Virus record (IMG/VR): IMGVR_UViG_3300042890_005556
DNA length: 64,000 nt
Source: a virus
Reading direction: 5' to 3' (one strand)
The first letter of the stretch is position 1. Each line of letters opens with the position of its first letter. Below, in pieces: positions 1 to 9,870 of the stretch. The notes under the pieces are model-generated. The model did not search any database. It saw only the letters and a program-made list of their open reading frames with translations, and had not been told where the DNA came from. A program made the position numbers and the translations under genes.

Positions 1-1196
1 TTAGGCATCCACTCATTCATGCGGCTCTTACCTCCTGTAAGATTGCCACAATCCTTGAAATAGATCGGACGATTCTCTACAGGGAACCTATTCTTCATCC
101 TGTATGACGCAATTTGATCCTTCTCAAGACCCAAAGCATTACAAAAGACATTGATATCAAGAATCGTAGCGCTCATAATAAGCACCTTGTCAGCAAACCT
201 GAAAAGCATCTTATCCGCATAATCCCGAATGAAAACAGGCTTAAATTCGACCGAAAATTCCTTGCTCCTCTCAGCATAAGTAGTCTGACATACCCACTCA
301 GAATTTTCGAATGTCTCCAAGAACTGGATGACCCGTTTAACAAGCTTACTCAAATCGTCCTCAGTCTTGTGATCCTCTCTGCGTTTAGCATCTTCGATCG
401 CAAGAGCTATCACTTCAGCGATACGTTCTTCTTTACACCATTCAAAATAATCTCGCGGATCTTCATACTTTGGCAAAATGACACCAAAATCCTTAAATGT
501 ATCACTCGCAAACACAAACGACACAACGTCGAGCAAAACCTGCTCAATATTATGACCCTCATCGATAATCAAAAGATCTCTCGGCATATCGAACCTACGA
601 GTCATCATAGTCTGATAAATGAAGCTATTGAAATTCATACAGACGACAGGACCATTAACAGACTTAAAGACCTGCTCGTAATAAGCACATGCACTGTACA
701 CCTTACCAGCCGGAAGATGATTCAAGTCGCCCTTCGGGACACCCGGAATCTGATCTCTCAAGAAACACCCAGAGCACTTGTGACCGTCTTTGCGTCCTAC
801 CTTCGATTTGCAATACCCAGCTGCACAATCCGGCTTCTCATCAATCTTCTCATCGAGCCTATCAAGCGGAATAATTTTTGCGAGCTTATCCCTGTTTCTC
901 TCATAATAGTCGCAGTGATACGCATTCCTACCTTTGAGTTCTACAACCTTATCGCCAAAATCATTCATGAACTGATCTTGAAGAATCTTCGTGATTGTGA
1001 GATAATACGAGCTTTCAGCCATATTAGCCATCGTCATACCAATAGCTGATTTACCAGAGCCGGTAGGGCATTCGAGAATCACGACCTTCTTACCCTCATT
1101 GAACTGCTTACAAGCAAATTCAATAGCCTTCTTTTGGCCATCACGAAATTCAGCCTTCGGGAAACAGTCGTCAATTCTGTCTAGATCATATTGCAT
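1..1196 (-). CDS. DinG/XPD-family SF2 helicase (partial; runs off the left edge)
   Basis: Hand translation from ATG at 1196 gives MQYDLDRIDDCFPKAEFRDGQKKAIE... with Q motif (FRDGQ), Walker A (LECPTGSGKS), TKILQDQF, LKGRNAYHC with a Cys-rich segment, Walker B (IIDEGHN), IMSATIL and FPVENRPIY. No stop before position 1. Confidence 0.9.
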   Translation of the reverse strand, partial: MQYDLDRIDDCFPKAEFRDGQKKAIEFACKQFNEGKKVVILECPTGSGKSAIGMTMANMAESSYYLTITKILQDQFMNDFGDKVVELKGRNAYHCDYYERNRDKLAKIIPLDRLDEKIDEKPDCAAGYCKSKVGRKDGHKCSGCFLRDQIPGVPKGDLNHLPAGKVYSACAYYEQVFKSVNGPVVCMNFNSFIYQTMMTRRFDMPRDLLIIDEGHNIEQVLLDVVSFVFASDTFKDFGVILPKYEDPRDYFEWCKEERIAEVIALAIEDAKRREDHKTEDDLSKLVKRVIQFLETFENSEWVCQTTYAERSKEFSVEFKPVFIRDYADKMLFRFADKVLIMSATILDINVFCNALGLEKDQIASYRMKNRFPVENRPIYFKDCGNLTGGKSRMNEWMP

Positions 1197-1289
1197 TATT
1201 GCGCTCTCTTTCTAATTAAACAATACACGATTTATAACGATATTACTTCAGTATTTGAGCATTGAAACCAGACCCCATAGAAAGAACAT

Positions 1290-2378
1290 ATGAGCCAAGT
1301 ACTAATCACAGCAGACATCCACTTTGGCGTACCCGGCAGACTTGACGATATCTTATACTCTTGTAGAGTAATGAGAGAATATTGTCGACTAGCGAACATC
1401 GACACAATACTCGTGCTGGGTGACCTATATCACGACCGCAGATACCTTGAAATAGACGTACTATCAGCATCCTATAAATTCTTCGAAGAATGCTACTCAA
1501 AATATAACCAACGCTGGGTGATATTTCCAGGCAATCATGATATGTTTCTCAGACATAGCTGGAGAATTAACAGCCTAACGCCGTTAGCACAAGTAACCAC
1601 ATTAATAGAGGACGTATGCAAAATAGAAATAGAACGCCAAACATTCTGGATACTGCCATTCATATCATACGAAAAATCATATATGACAGTGCTGAACAAA
1701 ATAAATGAACAAGCAGATAAAAACGACATTCTCTTAACTCACATCGGTGTAAATGGCGCTACCATGAACACATGCTTCATGTTAAAAGACTGGGGCCTCG
1801 TTAATTTTAGCGATACGAAATTCAAGAGAGTCTACACAGGACACTTCCACAGCAAACAATCAATTGGTGATAGAGTATTCTATCCAGGCAGCCCAATACC
1901 ATTTAAACACGACGAAGGCAATGTTCCTCACGGCTTCTACGTCTATAATCTAGAAACAAGCGAACACAAATTCATAAACATCTGGAAGGCCGGAAAGCAA
2001 TTTTTCCCTAACGAAACGCCACCACCACAATTCTGCAGCATACTGGATACAGACCTTGACAATCTAACACCAGAAGATGTAAAACACAACAAAGTCAGAA
2101 TAGCATTATCCGCTGACACCCCAGCAGATAAAAAAAGAGAAATAAAAGAAAGACTCGAAGCATTAGGGGCTGAAAATGTAAGCTGGATGAACCTAAAAGA
2201 AGCAGCCCCAGACATACAAGAAATAAATCACAATATCGAAAAATCAGACTTATTCGAACTGTTCATAGCTAATAACGAAAAAAGCACAAAAGATTTAAAC
2301 ATAGACCTACTAAGAAGACTAAATGCTGAGATAATCCGCGAAGGAGATGAACAATATAGTCTCTCATCAGATAATTGA
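1290..2378 (+). CDS. Mre11/SbcD-type DNA repair nuclease (T4 gp47-like)
   Basis: Metallophosphoesterase motifs ADIHFG, LGDLYH, PGNHD, LTH, TGHFH, and YPGSP...D..HGF typical of SbcD/gp47. Confidence 0.9.
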   Translation: MSQVLITADIHFGVPGRLDDILYSCRVMREYCRLANIDTILVLGDLYHDRRYLEIDVLSASYKFFEECYSKYNQRWVIFPGNHDMFLRHSWRINSLTPLAQVTTLIEDVCKIEIERQTFWILPFISYEKSYMTVLNKINEQADKNDILLTHIGVNGATMNTCFMLKDWGLVNFSDTKFKRVYTGHFHSKQSIGDRVFYPGSPIPFKHDEGNVPHGFYVYNLETSEHKFINIWKAGKQFFPNETPPPQFCSILDTDLDNLTPEDVKHNKVRIALSADTPADKKREIKERLEALGAENVSWMNLKEAAPDIQEINHNIEKSDLFELFIANNEKSTKDLNIDLLRRLNAEIIREGDEQYSLSSDN

Positions 2379-2419
2379 GAAAATAACACCGCACTGTCAT
2401 ATTAATTCAGGAGGCAATA

Positions 2420-2830
2420 ATGCTAAACGACCTAAAGACAGAGATGAAGAATGCGTTCTCAATACCAGCACCTGCAATCGGCATTGACGTCGACGGCACA
2501 ATCGACCAAGCACCTGAGTTTTTTGCTACGCTAACACAGAATTGGCCAGGCGAAATTCACATCATCACGATGAGAAGCGACCCGCAGGACATCGCTGATA
2601 CACTTACACATTACGGCCTTAAATGGACACATATCCACCCAGTGTATGGTGTAAAATGCAAGGCCGAAATCATTGCGCGGCACAAGCTTGTCATGTACTT
2701 TGATGATATGCCTGAAGTGTTGCAGACAGTCGAAGAGCCATATAACGTCTGCTTGATCAGAAATCCAGGTAACTTCGATCATGATACCAAGCAATATATT
2801 ATGAGTAATAAAACCGCTTATCTCATATAA
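2420..2830 (+). CDS. HAD-superfamily phosphatase/nucleotidase-like protein
   Basis: IGIDVDGTI (DxDGT), IITMR, K and YFDD motifs; GGAGG RBS upstream. Confidence 0.75.
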   Translation: MLNDLKTEMKNAFSIPAPAIGIDVDGTIDQAPEFFATLTQNWPGEIHIITMRSDPQDIADTLTHYGLKWTHIHPVYGVKCKAEIIARHKLVMYFDDMPEVLQTVEEPYNVCLIRNPGNFDHDTKQYIMSNKTAYLI

Positions 2831-4193
2831 GCGGTTCATCCGGAAGTCCCAAAGCTCTTCTATTAGATCGAAGCTTATCTAATTCCCGATCTGGATCATA
2901 ATTTCCAGGCTGATTTGGTCCCAAATCGGGAATTACAACTTCGCCTTTATACATCCCAATATTCGTAGGGGTAGCATCAGTGTGAATAAAGCCAGTATCA
3001 TCATAAAGTTTTCGCAAGATCTTAAGCATATCCATCATATAAGGCTTAAGACTTTCTTGTAGCCTATTATCCTTAATGATATCATCACATATTTTCGATT
3101 GTACTGTTACATCAGAAGGAAAACCATTAAAATCATCATCGTCAATCAGAAGAGTAAGATAGTCACTTGCTTTTTTGTATTGCTTATCGACATTTTGCAT
3201 GTCCACTGCTGGCATCAAAATAGCATAGTAGCCGCCATCCAGCTTCTTAATATCCATAGCCACAGTGTTGGTGTTTTTTTGTTGTTTCGCAAGATACGCA
3301 ACATTAGCCTCTACTCTGTTGTTTGTTATCTTAATCACGAGATTATCGATGAAATACGCCCTCGCTGTACCCCCTTCACGAAAATAAGGCACTTTGCCAG
3401 GGACGAGTTCAACTCCGTGGGATTCAGCCCAGCTAATAAACTCTGGGTCACTAAAATACCGGTCAGAAGCAGCTAATTTGCTTTCTGTAAGTTGAGCCCC
3501 GATATTAAATGTACTTGATATTATATCAGATACCTCTCTGAGCCTGTATTTTAATAACGCTTTTTTGCGTCCCAATTCTAATTTCTTCTCTTTCCCATCA
3601 CCGATAGTGTACTTCCATCTGTCTTGATATTCTTGTTTTTCTCTTGGTTTTATAGACTTATGAGACTCTTTGATATAGAACGGCTCGAATTTAAATTCTG
3701 TTGAATTATATGCAGGATATACAATTGACGTTGGGGGTATACCACGCTTTAAAAGCGTTTGTGCCATCGAATCTAAACTTCTTTTTGAGTCGCCGATTGC
3801 CCATACACATACGAATGGAACACCGTTTATTAGGTCATGATATCCGTCTTCTACATCCACTTTACAAAATGCTTTAAGATCGGTCTCATCGATAGTCAAG
3901 TTTCCGAACCTGCCCCACACTGCTATCTTTTCAATGTTTAACGTAGCATATTCTTCTGCCCAGTCTAAATTGGGTGTCTTCTCTAACTGCTGTTGATGGT
4001 AGTAGAAAAAGTCTTTGTCGTTAAACCAATCTTGATGTGATCTGTTTAAAACCCAGTCTATGAACACCACACCAGTCTGTATGTGGTATGCAAAGTTGTA
4101 AACATGGTCGACTTTTGCTACACCTATTCCCATGGCTTCGTCCATGGTCATGTTTCGGAATATGCTAAGTGTTTGAGACTCGATAGTATCCAT
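2823..4193 (-). CDS. Protein with C-terminal protein-kinase-like (PKL) domain
   Basis: C-terminal half has EGGTARAY (Gly loop), VIKIT (beta3 Lys), EANVAY (helix C Glu), HTDATPTNIG (HxDxxxxN) and IPDLG (DFG-like). N-terminal half unassigned. Confidence 0.7.
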   Translation of the reverse strand: MDTIESQTLSIFRNMTMDEAMGIGVAKVDHVYNFAYHIQTGVVFIDWVLNRSHQDWFNDKDFFYYHQQQLEKTPNLDWAEEYATLNIEKIAVWGRFGNLTIDETDLKAFCKVDVEDGYHDLINGVPFVCVWAIGDSKRSLDSMAQTLLKRGIPPTSIVYPAYNSTEFKFEPFYIKESHKSIKPREKQEYQDRWKYTIGDGKEKKLELGRKKALLKYRLREVSDIISSTFNIGAQLTESKLAASDRYFSDPEFISWAESHGVELVPGKVPYFREGGTARAYFIDNLVIKITNNRVEANVAYLAKQQKNTNTVAMDIKKLDGGYYAILMPAVDMQNVDKQYKKASDYLTLLIDDDDFNGFPSDVTVQSKICDDIIKDNRLQESLKPYMMDMLKILRKLYDDTGFIHTDATPTNIGMYKGEVVIPDLGPNQPGNYDPDRELDKLRSNRRALGLPDEPLI

Positions 4194-4227
4194 TGTGTAT
4201 CCTTATTGTGATTCCAGTTTATTTTTT

Positions 4228-4233
4228 TATTTA
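4228..4233 (-). promoter_or_regulatory. Candidate T4-type late promoter core TAAATA
   Basis: TAAATA on the minus strand about 35 nt upstream of the 4193 start; the same hexamer recurs at similar spacing before other genes. Confidence 0.4.
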
Positions 4234-4308
4234 ATTATTGAGAACATGACAAAACCGTGCCACAACATATCAGTTCAATGACCCCGAAATCCTACTAAGG
4301 ACCTAGCA

Positions 4309-5613
4309 TTGCAAAACGCAATCGACACGATCAAAGCACTCGAAGCCACCAATAGCCGAAATGAAAAAGAAGCGATCCTAACAGAAGCAATCACACAATA
4401 CCCAGAATTATCACAGATCTTCACAGCAGCACTAGACCCATACATCAACTACTATATCATCCAAATGCCGACCAAAGGCACAGGAACCGGACTACCATTA
4501 AACGAATTTCTAGAAAAAGTCAGCTTCCTGTCGAACAGAACCATCACCGGCAACGACGCCAGAGACCTCGTCAGGACACTTAGCCAACAAGCTACAGAAG
4601 AAGAATGGCACTACATCTACAAACGCATCATCCTTAAAGACCTCAAATGTGGTGCGACTGAAAAGACGATTAACAAAGTCTACAAAGCAGTGACAGGCAA
4701 AGAACTCGTCCAAGTATTCTCATGCCAACTAGCTCACGATAGTGCCGATCACCTCACTAAAATGGTAGGACCAAAAATCATCCAAGCCAAATTAGATGGC
4801 GTCCGAATCGTAGCGATCAGAATTGGCAAAGCATGTACACTGTATAGCCGCACTGGCAAAATCATCTCAAACTTCCCGCAGATCCAGGATGCAATAAGCT
4901 CGCTAGAACTGCCGCAAGGATACGAAGAAGGAATTGTATTTGATGGCGAAATCATGAGTGCATCATTCCAAGACCTTATGAAGCAGCTCAACCGTAAAGA
5001 CAACGTTAACACCAATGATAGCAAATATTACATCTTCGATATGCTTCCATTGAACGAGTTTACTAAGGGGACTAGCACCCTCAGCCAGCTTGAAAGGATG
5101 GAAAAAATAACCGAAGTCATCAAAACCAGCAATAGCAGCGAACTGCTCGACACATTGCTTCATGATATAGTGGACCTCAGCACAGATGAAGGACAATCAC
5201 AATACAAGGAAATCAACAGGAGAGCAATAGAATCAGGTTACGAGGGCATCATGATTAAAGACCCCGCAGCAATCTACCAATGCAAGAGAACGTCAGCATG
5301 GTTAAAAATGAAGCCATTCATCGAAGTGACTGTAGAGATAAAGGGCTATGAAGAAGGCACTGGCAAACACATTGGAATCCTGGGTGGTTTTCAATGTGAT
5401 GGTTATGACAATGGCAAGAATTTTACGGTCAGCGTTGGTGGCGGGTACACCGATGAGCAACGCAAGACATTCTGGGAATCAAGAGAAGATCTGATTGGTC
5501 AACTTATCGAAGTGAGAGCAGATGCTATCACTCAAAATCAGGATGGAACTTACAGTCTGAGGTTCCCTAGATTTCAACGATTTAGAAGCATGGCTGCTGG
5601 TGAGAAGATCTGA
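4309..5613 (+). CDS. lig: ATP-dependent DNA ligase
   Basis: KLDGVR (motif I), FDGEI, YIFDML, EGIMIK, WLKMKP, C-terminal OB fold ending SLRFPRF; TTG start after AAGGA. Confidence 0.95.
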   Translation: MQNAIDTIKALEATNSRNEKEAILTEAITQYPELSQIFTAALDPYINYYIIQMPTKGTGTGLPLNEFLEKVSFLSNRTITGNDARDLVRTLSQQATEEEWHYIYKRIILKDLKCGATEKTINKVYKAVTGKELVQVFSCQLAHDSADHLTKMVGPKIIQAKLDGVRIVAIRIGKACTLYSRTGKIISNFPQIQDAISSLELPQGYEEGIVFDGEIMSASFQDLMKQLNRKDNVNTNDSKYYIFDMLPLNEFTKGTSTLSQLERMEKITEVIKTSNSSELLDTLLHDIVDLSTDEGQSQYKEINRRAIESGYEGIMIKDPAAIYQCKRTSAWLKMKPFIEVTVEIKGYEEGTGKHIGILGGFQCDGYDNGKNFTVSVGGGYTDEQRKTFWESREDLIGQLIEVRADAITQNQDGTYSLRFPRFQRFRSMAAGEKI

Positions 5614-5617
5614 TTAT

Positions 5618-5666
5618 AGACAGCCAGCAAAACGAGGCATGTAAGTGTTGCTGGCTGTCTTTGTTT
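5618..5666. terminator. Stem-loop between convergent genes, probable terminator
   Basis: Perfect 13-bp inverted repeat agacagccagcaa (5618-5630) / ttgctggctgtct (5648-5660) followed by ttgttt, just after the ligase stop. Confidence 0.6.
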
Positions 5667-5722
5667 CTATGAACTATCGCGTACATCCAAGCTTCTCCTT
5701 CTTATTTTCGAAGATCATCTTC

Positions 5723-7924
5723 CTATTGATCATTTTTAACACAGACAACACTAGCACCATTACTTAGATTAGTAATCGAGTTTGTGCATGAAACCTGCTC
5801 CCAATTGTTACCCCCTGCTATTGTCTGAACGGGGGAAGACCTGGCGAGAAGCGTATTATCACCCAGCCGACCACCTGCGCCAAAGGTACCAGGACCATTC
5901 TTGCCCCACATCCATAAAGTCCCATCATATTTAACAGCGCCAGTAAAACCAATACCACATGCTACTTGTTTCCAATCAGTACCGAGAGTTACAGTCTGGA
6001 CAGGTGAAGACATATTAGATCTAGCATTATTACCTAAATCACCATCTGTTCCCCGGCCCCATAACCATAAGGTACCGTCAGTTTTTATAGCAGCACAATG
6101 CATTCCTATCGACACTTGTTTCCAATCAGTACCGCGAGATATAGTCTGAACGGGAGATGATCTACCAACTGTGGTATTATCACCAAGCTGACCATAACTA
6201 TTACCGCCCCACGTCCATAATGTGCCATCAGTCTTAATAGCGGCCATGCTGTATGTCCCACACGACACCTGCTTCCAATTATTACCCCTTGCAATTGTCT
6301 GAACTGGAGAAGACCTGGTAATTCCAGTATTATCGCCAAGCACTCCGACATGGTCGTAAGAATTAAAGCCCCACGTCCATAATGTGCCATCAGTCTTTAT
6401 AGCAGCACAATTATACTTACCGTTGGATACTTGCTTCCAATTATTCCCAGCACATACAGTTTGCACCGGAGAACTTTTATTAACCACAGTATTGTCACCA
6501 AGATTACCGGCGTATAAATAATTTTGGCCCCACACCCATAATGTGCCATCAGTCTTAATAGCAGCAGTGCTAAAACCACCAGCAGATACCTGCTTCCAAT
6601 CGTACCCACCAGATACAGTTTGTACCGGCGAAAATCTGGAAATAGTAGTATTATCACCAAGACAGCCATCAGGATTATTCTTGCCCCACAGCCACAATGT
6701 ACCATCAGTCTTAATACCAGCGGTAAAGCCAAGACCCTGTGACGCTTGCTGCCAATTTATTCCACGAGCAATAGTCTGCACAGGCGAAGACCTGCTTGTA
6801 CCAGTATTATCTCCTAATGCACCTTGGTTATATCCCCAACCCCACAGTGTACCACCAATAGCCGTCACCGTTATAGTGAATACATTCTCATAATACAAAC
6901 CACCCTGATCCGTCGAACGGATTCGAACCGAATAACTGTCCTCGGTCTGATAGTCAAAAGCAGCATCGGCTTTCAGGCTTGATCCATCAATAGTAAACGA
7001 AGCGTTATTCGTATCACCAGTGCCGCTGGCAAGCGAATACGTGAAAGAATCACCAGCATCTGGGTCGACTGTAGAAAACGTTCCAATAACTGCCCCGATC
7101 GCATTATTCTCAGCAACCGAAGCAGCTGAAATCGAGATATCTGTTGGAGCTTGATTCTCTGCTACGTCCGTCACCGTAATGGTGAAAGCCTTCTCCGTAG
7201 TTAACCCACCCTGATCTGTCGAACGTACACGAACCGTATAGCTATTCTTGGACTCAAAGTTGAAAGCCGCATTCGCCTTCAGGCTTGATCCTACTATAGT
7301 AAACGAAGCGTTATTCGTATCCCCAGTACCAGCTACAAATGTGCACGTGAAAGAATTACCAGCATCTGGGTCGACTGTAGAAAATGTACCAATAACAGCC
7401 CCGATTTCATTATTCTCAGCAATCGAAGCAGATGATAACGTGATGTCTGTAGGCGCGAGATTGAGAACTGCGACCTCGCTAACAGAGCTCACAGACTGTA
7501 AAGCATCTGTAATAGCACCGCTAGCCACTGGATCAGCAAGCAAAGCATAAAAATTCGCCTTCCCATCTAAATCATTAAAGCTTCCATTTCTATACTGAAC
7601 ACAATAGTAACCACTAGTCTCATCATCATAAGTAACAATACCACTAATATCCATCCACCAATCAGAAATCGTTTTATCTATAACAGGAGCAGATACAATA
7701 AAATTCAGATACTTCCCATCTGGAGATCCAAGAGTGAGTAGCTCCTGAAGAGAATCAACCACATCAGATTCGTCCGTATAAAGCTGACTAAAATTAATAT
7801 TGCTTTCTGATTCAAATGGGCTAGAGATGACGCCGTTTGAGTAAGTCGTTTCAAATGGACCACTTGTCCCATCTGTGTATGCCGCGACGCCAGAGATTTT
7901 GAACGTGAATGATGTGATAGGCAA
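5723..7924 (-). CDS. Cadherin-like x2 + RCC1-repeat beta-propeller protein (probable virion adhesin)
   Basis: Two APTDI.(L/I)S..S.AEN..IG.VIG.FSTVDPD repeats, then about seven AAIKTDGTLW.WG.N..G.LGDNT...SSPVQT RCC1 repeats; TTG start after AGGGA. Confidence 0.85.
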   Translation of the reverse strand: MPITSFTFKISGVAAYTDGTSGPFETTYSNGVISSPFESESNINFSQLYTDESDVVDSLQELLTLGSPDGKYLNFIVSAPVIDKTISDWWMDISGIVTYDDETSGYYCVQYRNGSFNDLDGKANFYALLADPVASGAITDALQSVSSVSEVAVLNLAPTDITLSSASIAENNEIGAVIGTFSTVDPDAGNSFTCTFVAGTGDTNNASFTIVGSSLKANAAFNFESKNSYTVRVRSTDQGGLTTEKAFTITVTDVAENQAPTDISISAASVAENNAIGAVIGTFSTVDPDAGDSFTYSLASGTGDTNNASFTIDGSSLKADAAFDYQTEDSYSVRIRSTDQGGLYYENVFTITVTAIGGTLWGWGYNQGALGDNTGTSRSSPVQTIARGINWQQASQGLGFTAGIKTDGTLWLWGKNNPDGCLGDNTTISRFSPVQTVSGGYDWKQVSAGGFSTAAIKTDGTLWVWGQNYLYAGNLGDNTVVNKSSPVQTVCAGNNWKQVSNGKYNCAAIKTDGTLWTWGFNSYDHVGVLGDNTGITRSSPVQTIARGNNWKQVSCGTYSMAAIKTDGTLWTWGGNSYGQLGDNTTVGRSSPVQTISRGTDWKQVSIGMHCAAIKTDGTLWLWGRGTDGDLGNNARSNMSSPVQTVTLGTDWKQVACGIGFTGAVKYDGTLWMWGKNGPGTFGAGGRLGDNTLLARSSPVQTIAGGNNWEQVSCTNSITNLSNGASVVCVKNDQ

Positions 7925-7955
7925 TTGGTTTGTCCCTTTTAATCGTCTAATTTAA

Positions 7956-7961
7956 TATTTA
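7956..7961 (-). promoter_or_regulatory. Candidate late promoter core TAAATA
   Basis: About 32 nt upstream of the 7924 start. Confidence 0.4.
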
Positions 7962-7966
7962 ATTCA

Positions 7967-9817
7967 TCAATCTTTTATAGCGACAGTATGGTTTTCGGCC
8001 ATCGCTACTTGTAACCAGCTAGATCCACCCATAATCGTCTGCACTGGAGAAGATTTTGATTCTGTCGTGTTATCCCCTAACTGACCATACCCATTATCTC
8101 CCCAAGTCCACAGTGTGCCATCAGACTTAATACCAGCAGAACTAGTACCAGAAGTCGAAGAATACTTCCAATTCCCAGCGGTCATCACCTGGACCGGATT
8201 AGACCTATTTTCAGTTGTGTTATCACCTAGACCTCCACCATTGTTATTGCCCCAAAGCCATAACGTACCGTCGGTTTTTATAGCAGACATGGATATATAA
8301 TAAATGGTATCTGCGCCACCACACGCTACAGACTTCCAATTTGTACCACCAAGCGATGTTTGAACTGGCGATGAGCGATTTCTGAAAGAGCCACCGCCAA
8401 AAGCCCTGTTATTGCCCAACTGCCCAGAAAAGTTACCACCAACCGTCCATAATGTTCCATCAGCCTTAATTGCCGCCATATTATCAGTACAAGCAGCTAC
8501 TTGAACCCAGTCGCTACCTCCACTGATCGTCTGAACAGGAGAACTTTTGTCTACAGTAGAAGCATCACCAAGACTTCCAGAGCGATTATTGCCCCATGCC
8601 CATAACGTACCATCAGTCTTGATAGCAGCAGTACTCCACCTGCCGCAAGCTACCTGTGACCAATTACTGCCACCAGTAATGGTCTGGACGGGAGAGCTCC
8701 TATACTCTGTTGTGCCATCGCCGATCTCACCATAATAATTCAAGCCCCAAGTCCACAAAGTGCCATCGGTCTTTATAGCCGCAGCATGAAAAGCATCTAC
8801 TGAAACTTGCTTCCAGCTAGAACCCAAATCGTCAAAAATTCGTACTGGTTCTAAAACTACGCCTTCAAAAAATCCCTGTGCCCACATAGTTCCATCAGCT
8901 TTAACAGCCAGGTCGCGAGCACCATAAATATCAAAATTACTAATGAAACCAGTAGAAGCCTGCTTCCAAGTATCGCCACCAAGTGAAATCTGGACCGGAG
9001 ATGAATTAGGATTGATCAATTCATAAGAATTCCGACCCCAATACCACAAAGAACCAGACTGCACCACCACAGTAATACTAAAAGCCTTCTCAGTAGTTAA
9101 CCCACCCTGATCAGTAGAACGCACACGAACCGTGTAACTGCTCTTAATAGCTAAACTAAAGACCTCATCAGCAAGCAGATTAGCACCATCAATAGTAAAT
9201 GAAGCATTGTCAGTATCGCCAGCACCAGCCACCAGAGTGTACGTGAACGTATCACCAGCATCTGTGTCGACAGTAGTAAAAATCCCGATCACATCCCCGA
9301 TTTCATTATTCTCAGCAATCGAAGCTGAGGAAATTGTAATGTCCGTTGGCGCTAAATTTGCAACAGCAACCGTACTAGAAGTGCTAACAGATTGCAAAAC
9401 GTTAACAATAATATCACTGGCATCACCATCAGCTAAAATCGCATGAAAATTCACTTTCCCAAAAACATCATTAAAATTTCCATTCCTATACTGCACACAA
9501 TAAGCGCCACTAGATTCATCATCATAAGTAACAATACCGTTAATATCCATCCACCAATCAGAAATAGTCTTATCCTGAACAGGAGAAGTAACAACAAAAT
9601 TCAAATATTTGCCACCAGGAGAACCCAAAGTCAACAAATCCTGAAGAGCATCAACATCACCCGGTTCGTCTGTGTAAAGCTGACTGAAATTAATATTACT
9701 TTCTAATTCAAACGGGTTAGAAATGATGCCATTTGAATAAGTTGACTCGAACGGCCCGCTTGTCCCATCAGTGTATGCTGCAACGCCAGATATTTTAAAC
9801 GTGAAAGACGTTATCAT
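7967..9817 (-). CDS. Cadherin-like x1 + RCC1-repeat protein, tandem paralog of 5723..7924
   Basis: Shares the N-terminus ITSFTFKISGVAAYTDGTSGPFE. Start set at ATG 9817 (AAGGA upstream, matches the paralog) rather than 9856. Confidence 0.85.
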   Translation of the reverse strand: MITSFTFKISGVAAYTDGTSGPFESTYSNGIISNPFELESNINFSQLYTDEPGDVDALQDLLTLGSPGGKYLNFVVTSPVQDKTISDWWMDINGIVTYDDESSGAYCVQYRNGNFNDVFGKVNFHAILADGDASDIIVNVLQSVSTSSTVAVANLAPTDITISSASIAENNEIGDVIGIFTTVDTDAGDTFTYTLVAGAGDTDNASFTIDGANLLADEVFSLAIKSSYTVRVRSTDQGGLTTEKAFSITVVVQSGSLWYWGRNSYELINPNSSPVQISLGGDTWKQASTGFISNFDIYGARDLAVKADGTMWAQGFFEGVVLEPVRIFDDLGSSWKQVSVDAFHAAAIKTDGTLWTWGLNYYGEIGDGTTEYRSSPVQTITGGSNWSQVACGRWSTAAIKTDGTLWAWGNNRSGSLGDASTVDKSSPVQTISGGSDWVQVAACTDNMAAIKADGTLWTVGGNFSGQLGNNRAFGGGSFRNRSSPVQTSLGGTNWKSVACGGADTIYYISMSAIKTDGTLWLWGNNNGGGLGDNTTENRSNPVQVMTAGNWKYSSTSGTSSAGIKSDGTLWTWGDNGYGQLGDNTTESKSSPVQTIMGGSSWLQVAMAENHTVAIKD

Positions 9818-9870
9818 AGTATTAATCCTTCGAGTTGATTCATTGTATTCTTCCATTGTATTTTATTTTC

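Noticed and set aside
114-1049. 311-aa + strand ORF
   Set aside because: Antisense shadow of the minus-strand DinG helicase, which has clear motifs.
5723-9817. Diversity-generating retroelement suggested by near-identical repeats
   Set aside because: No reverse transcriptase in the window, the repeats are all coding, and differences do not look confined to adenines.
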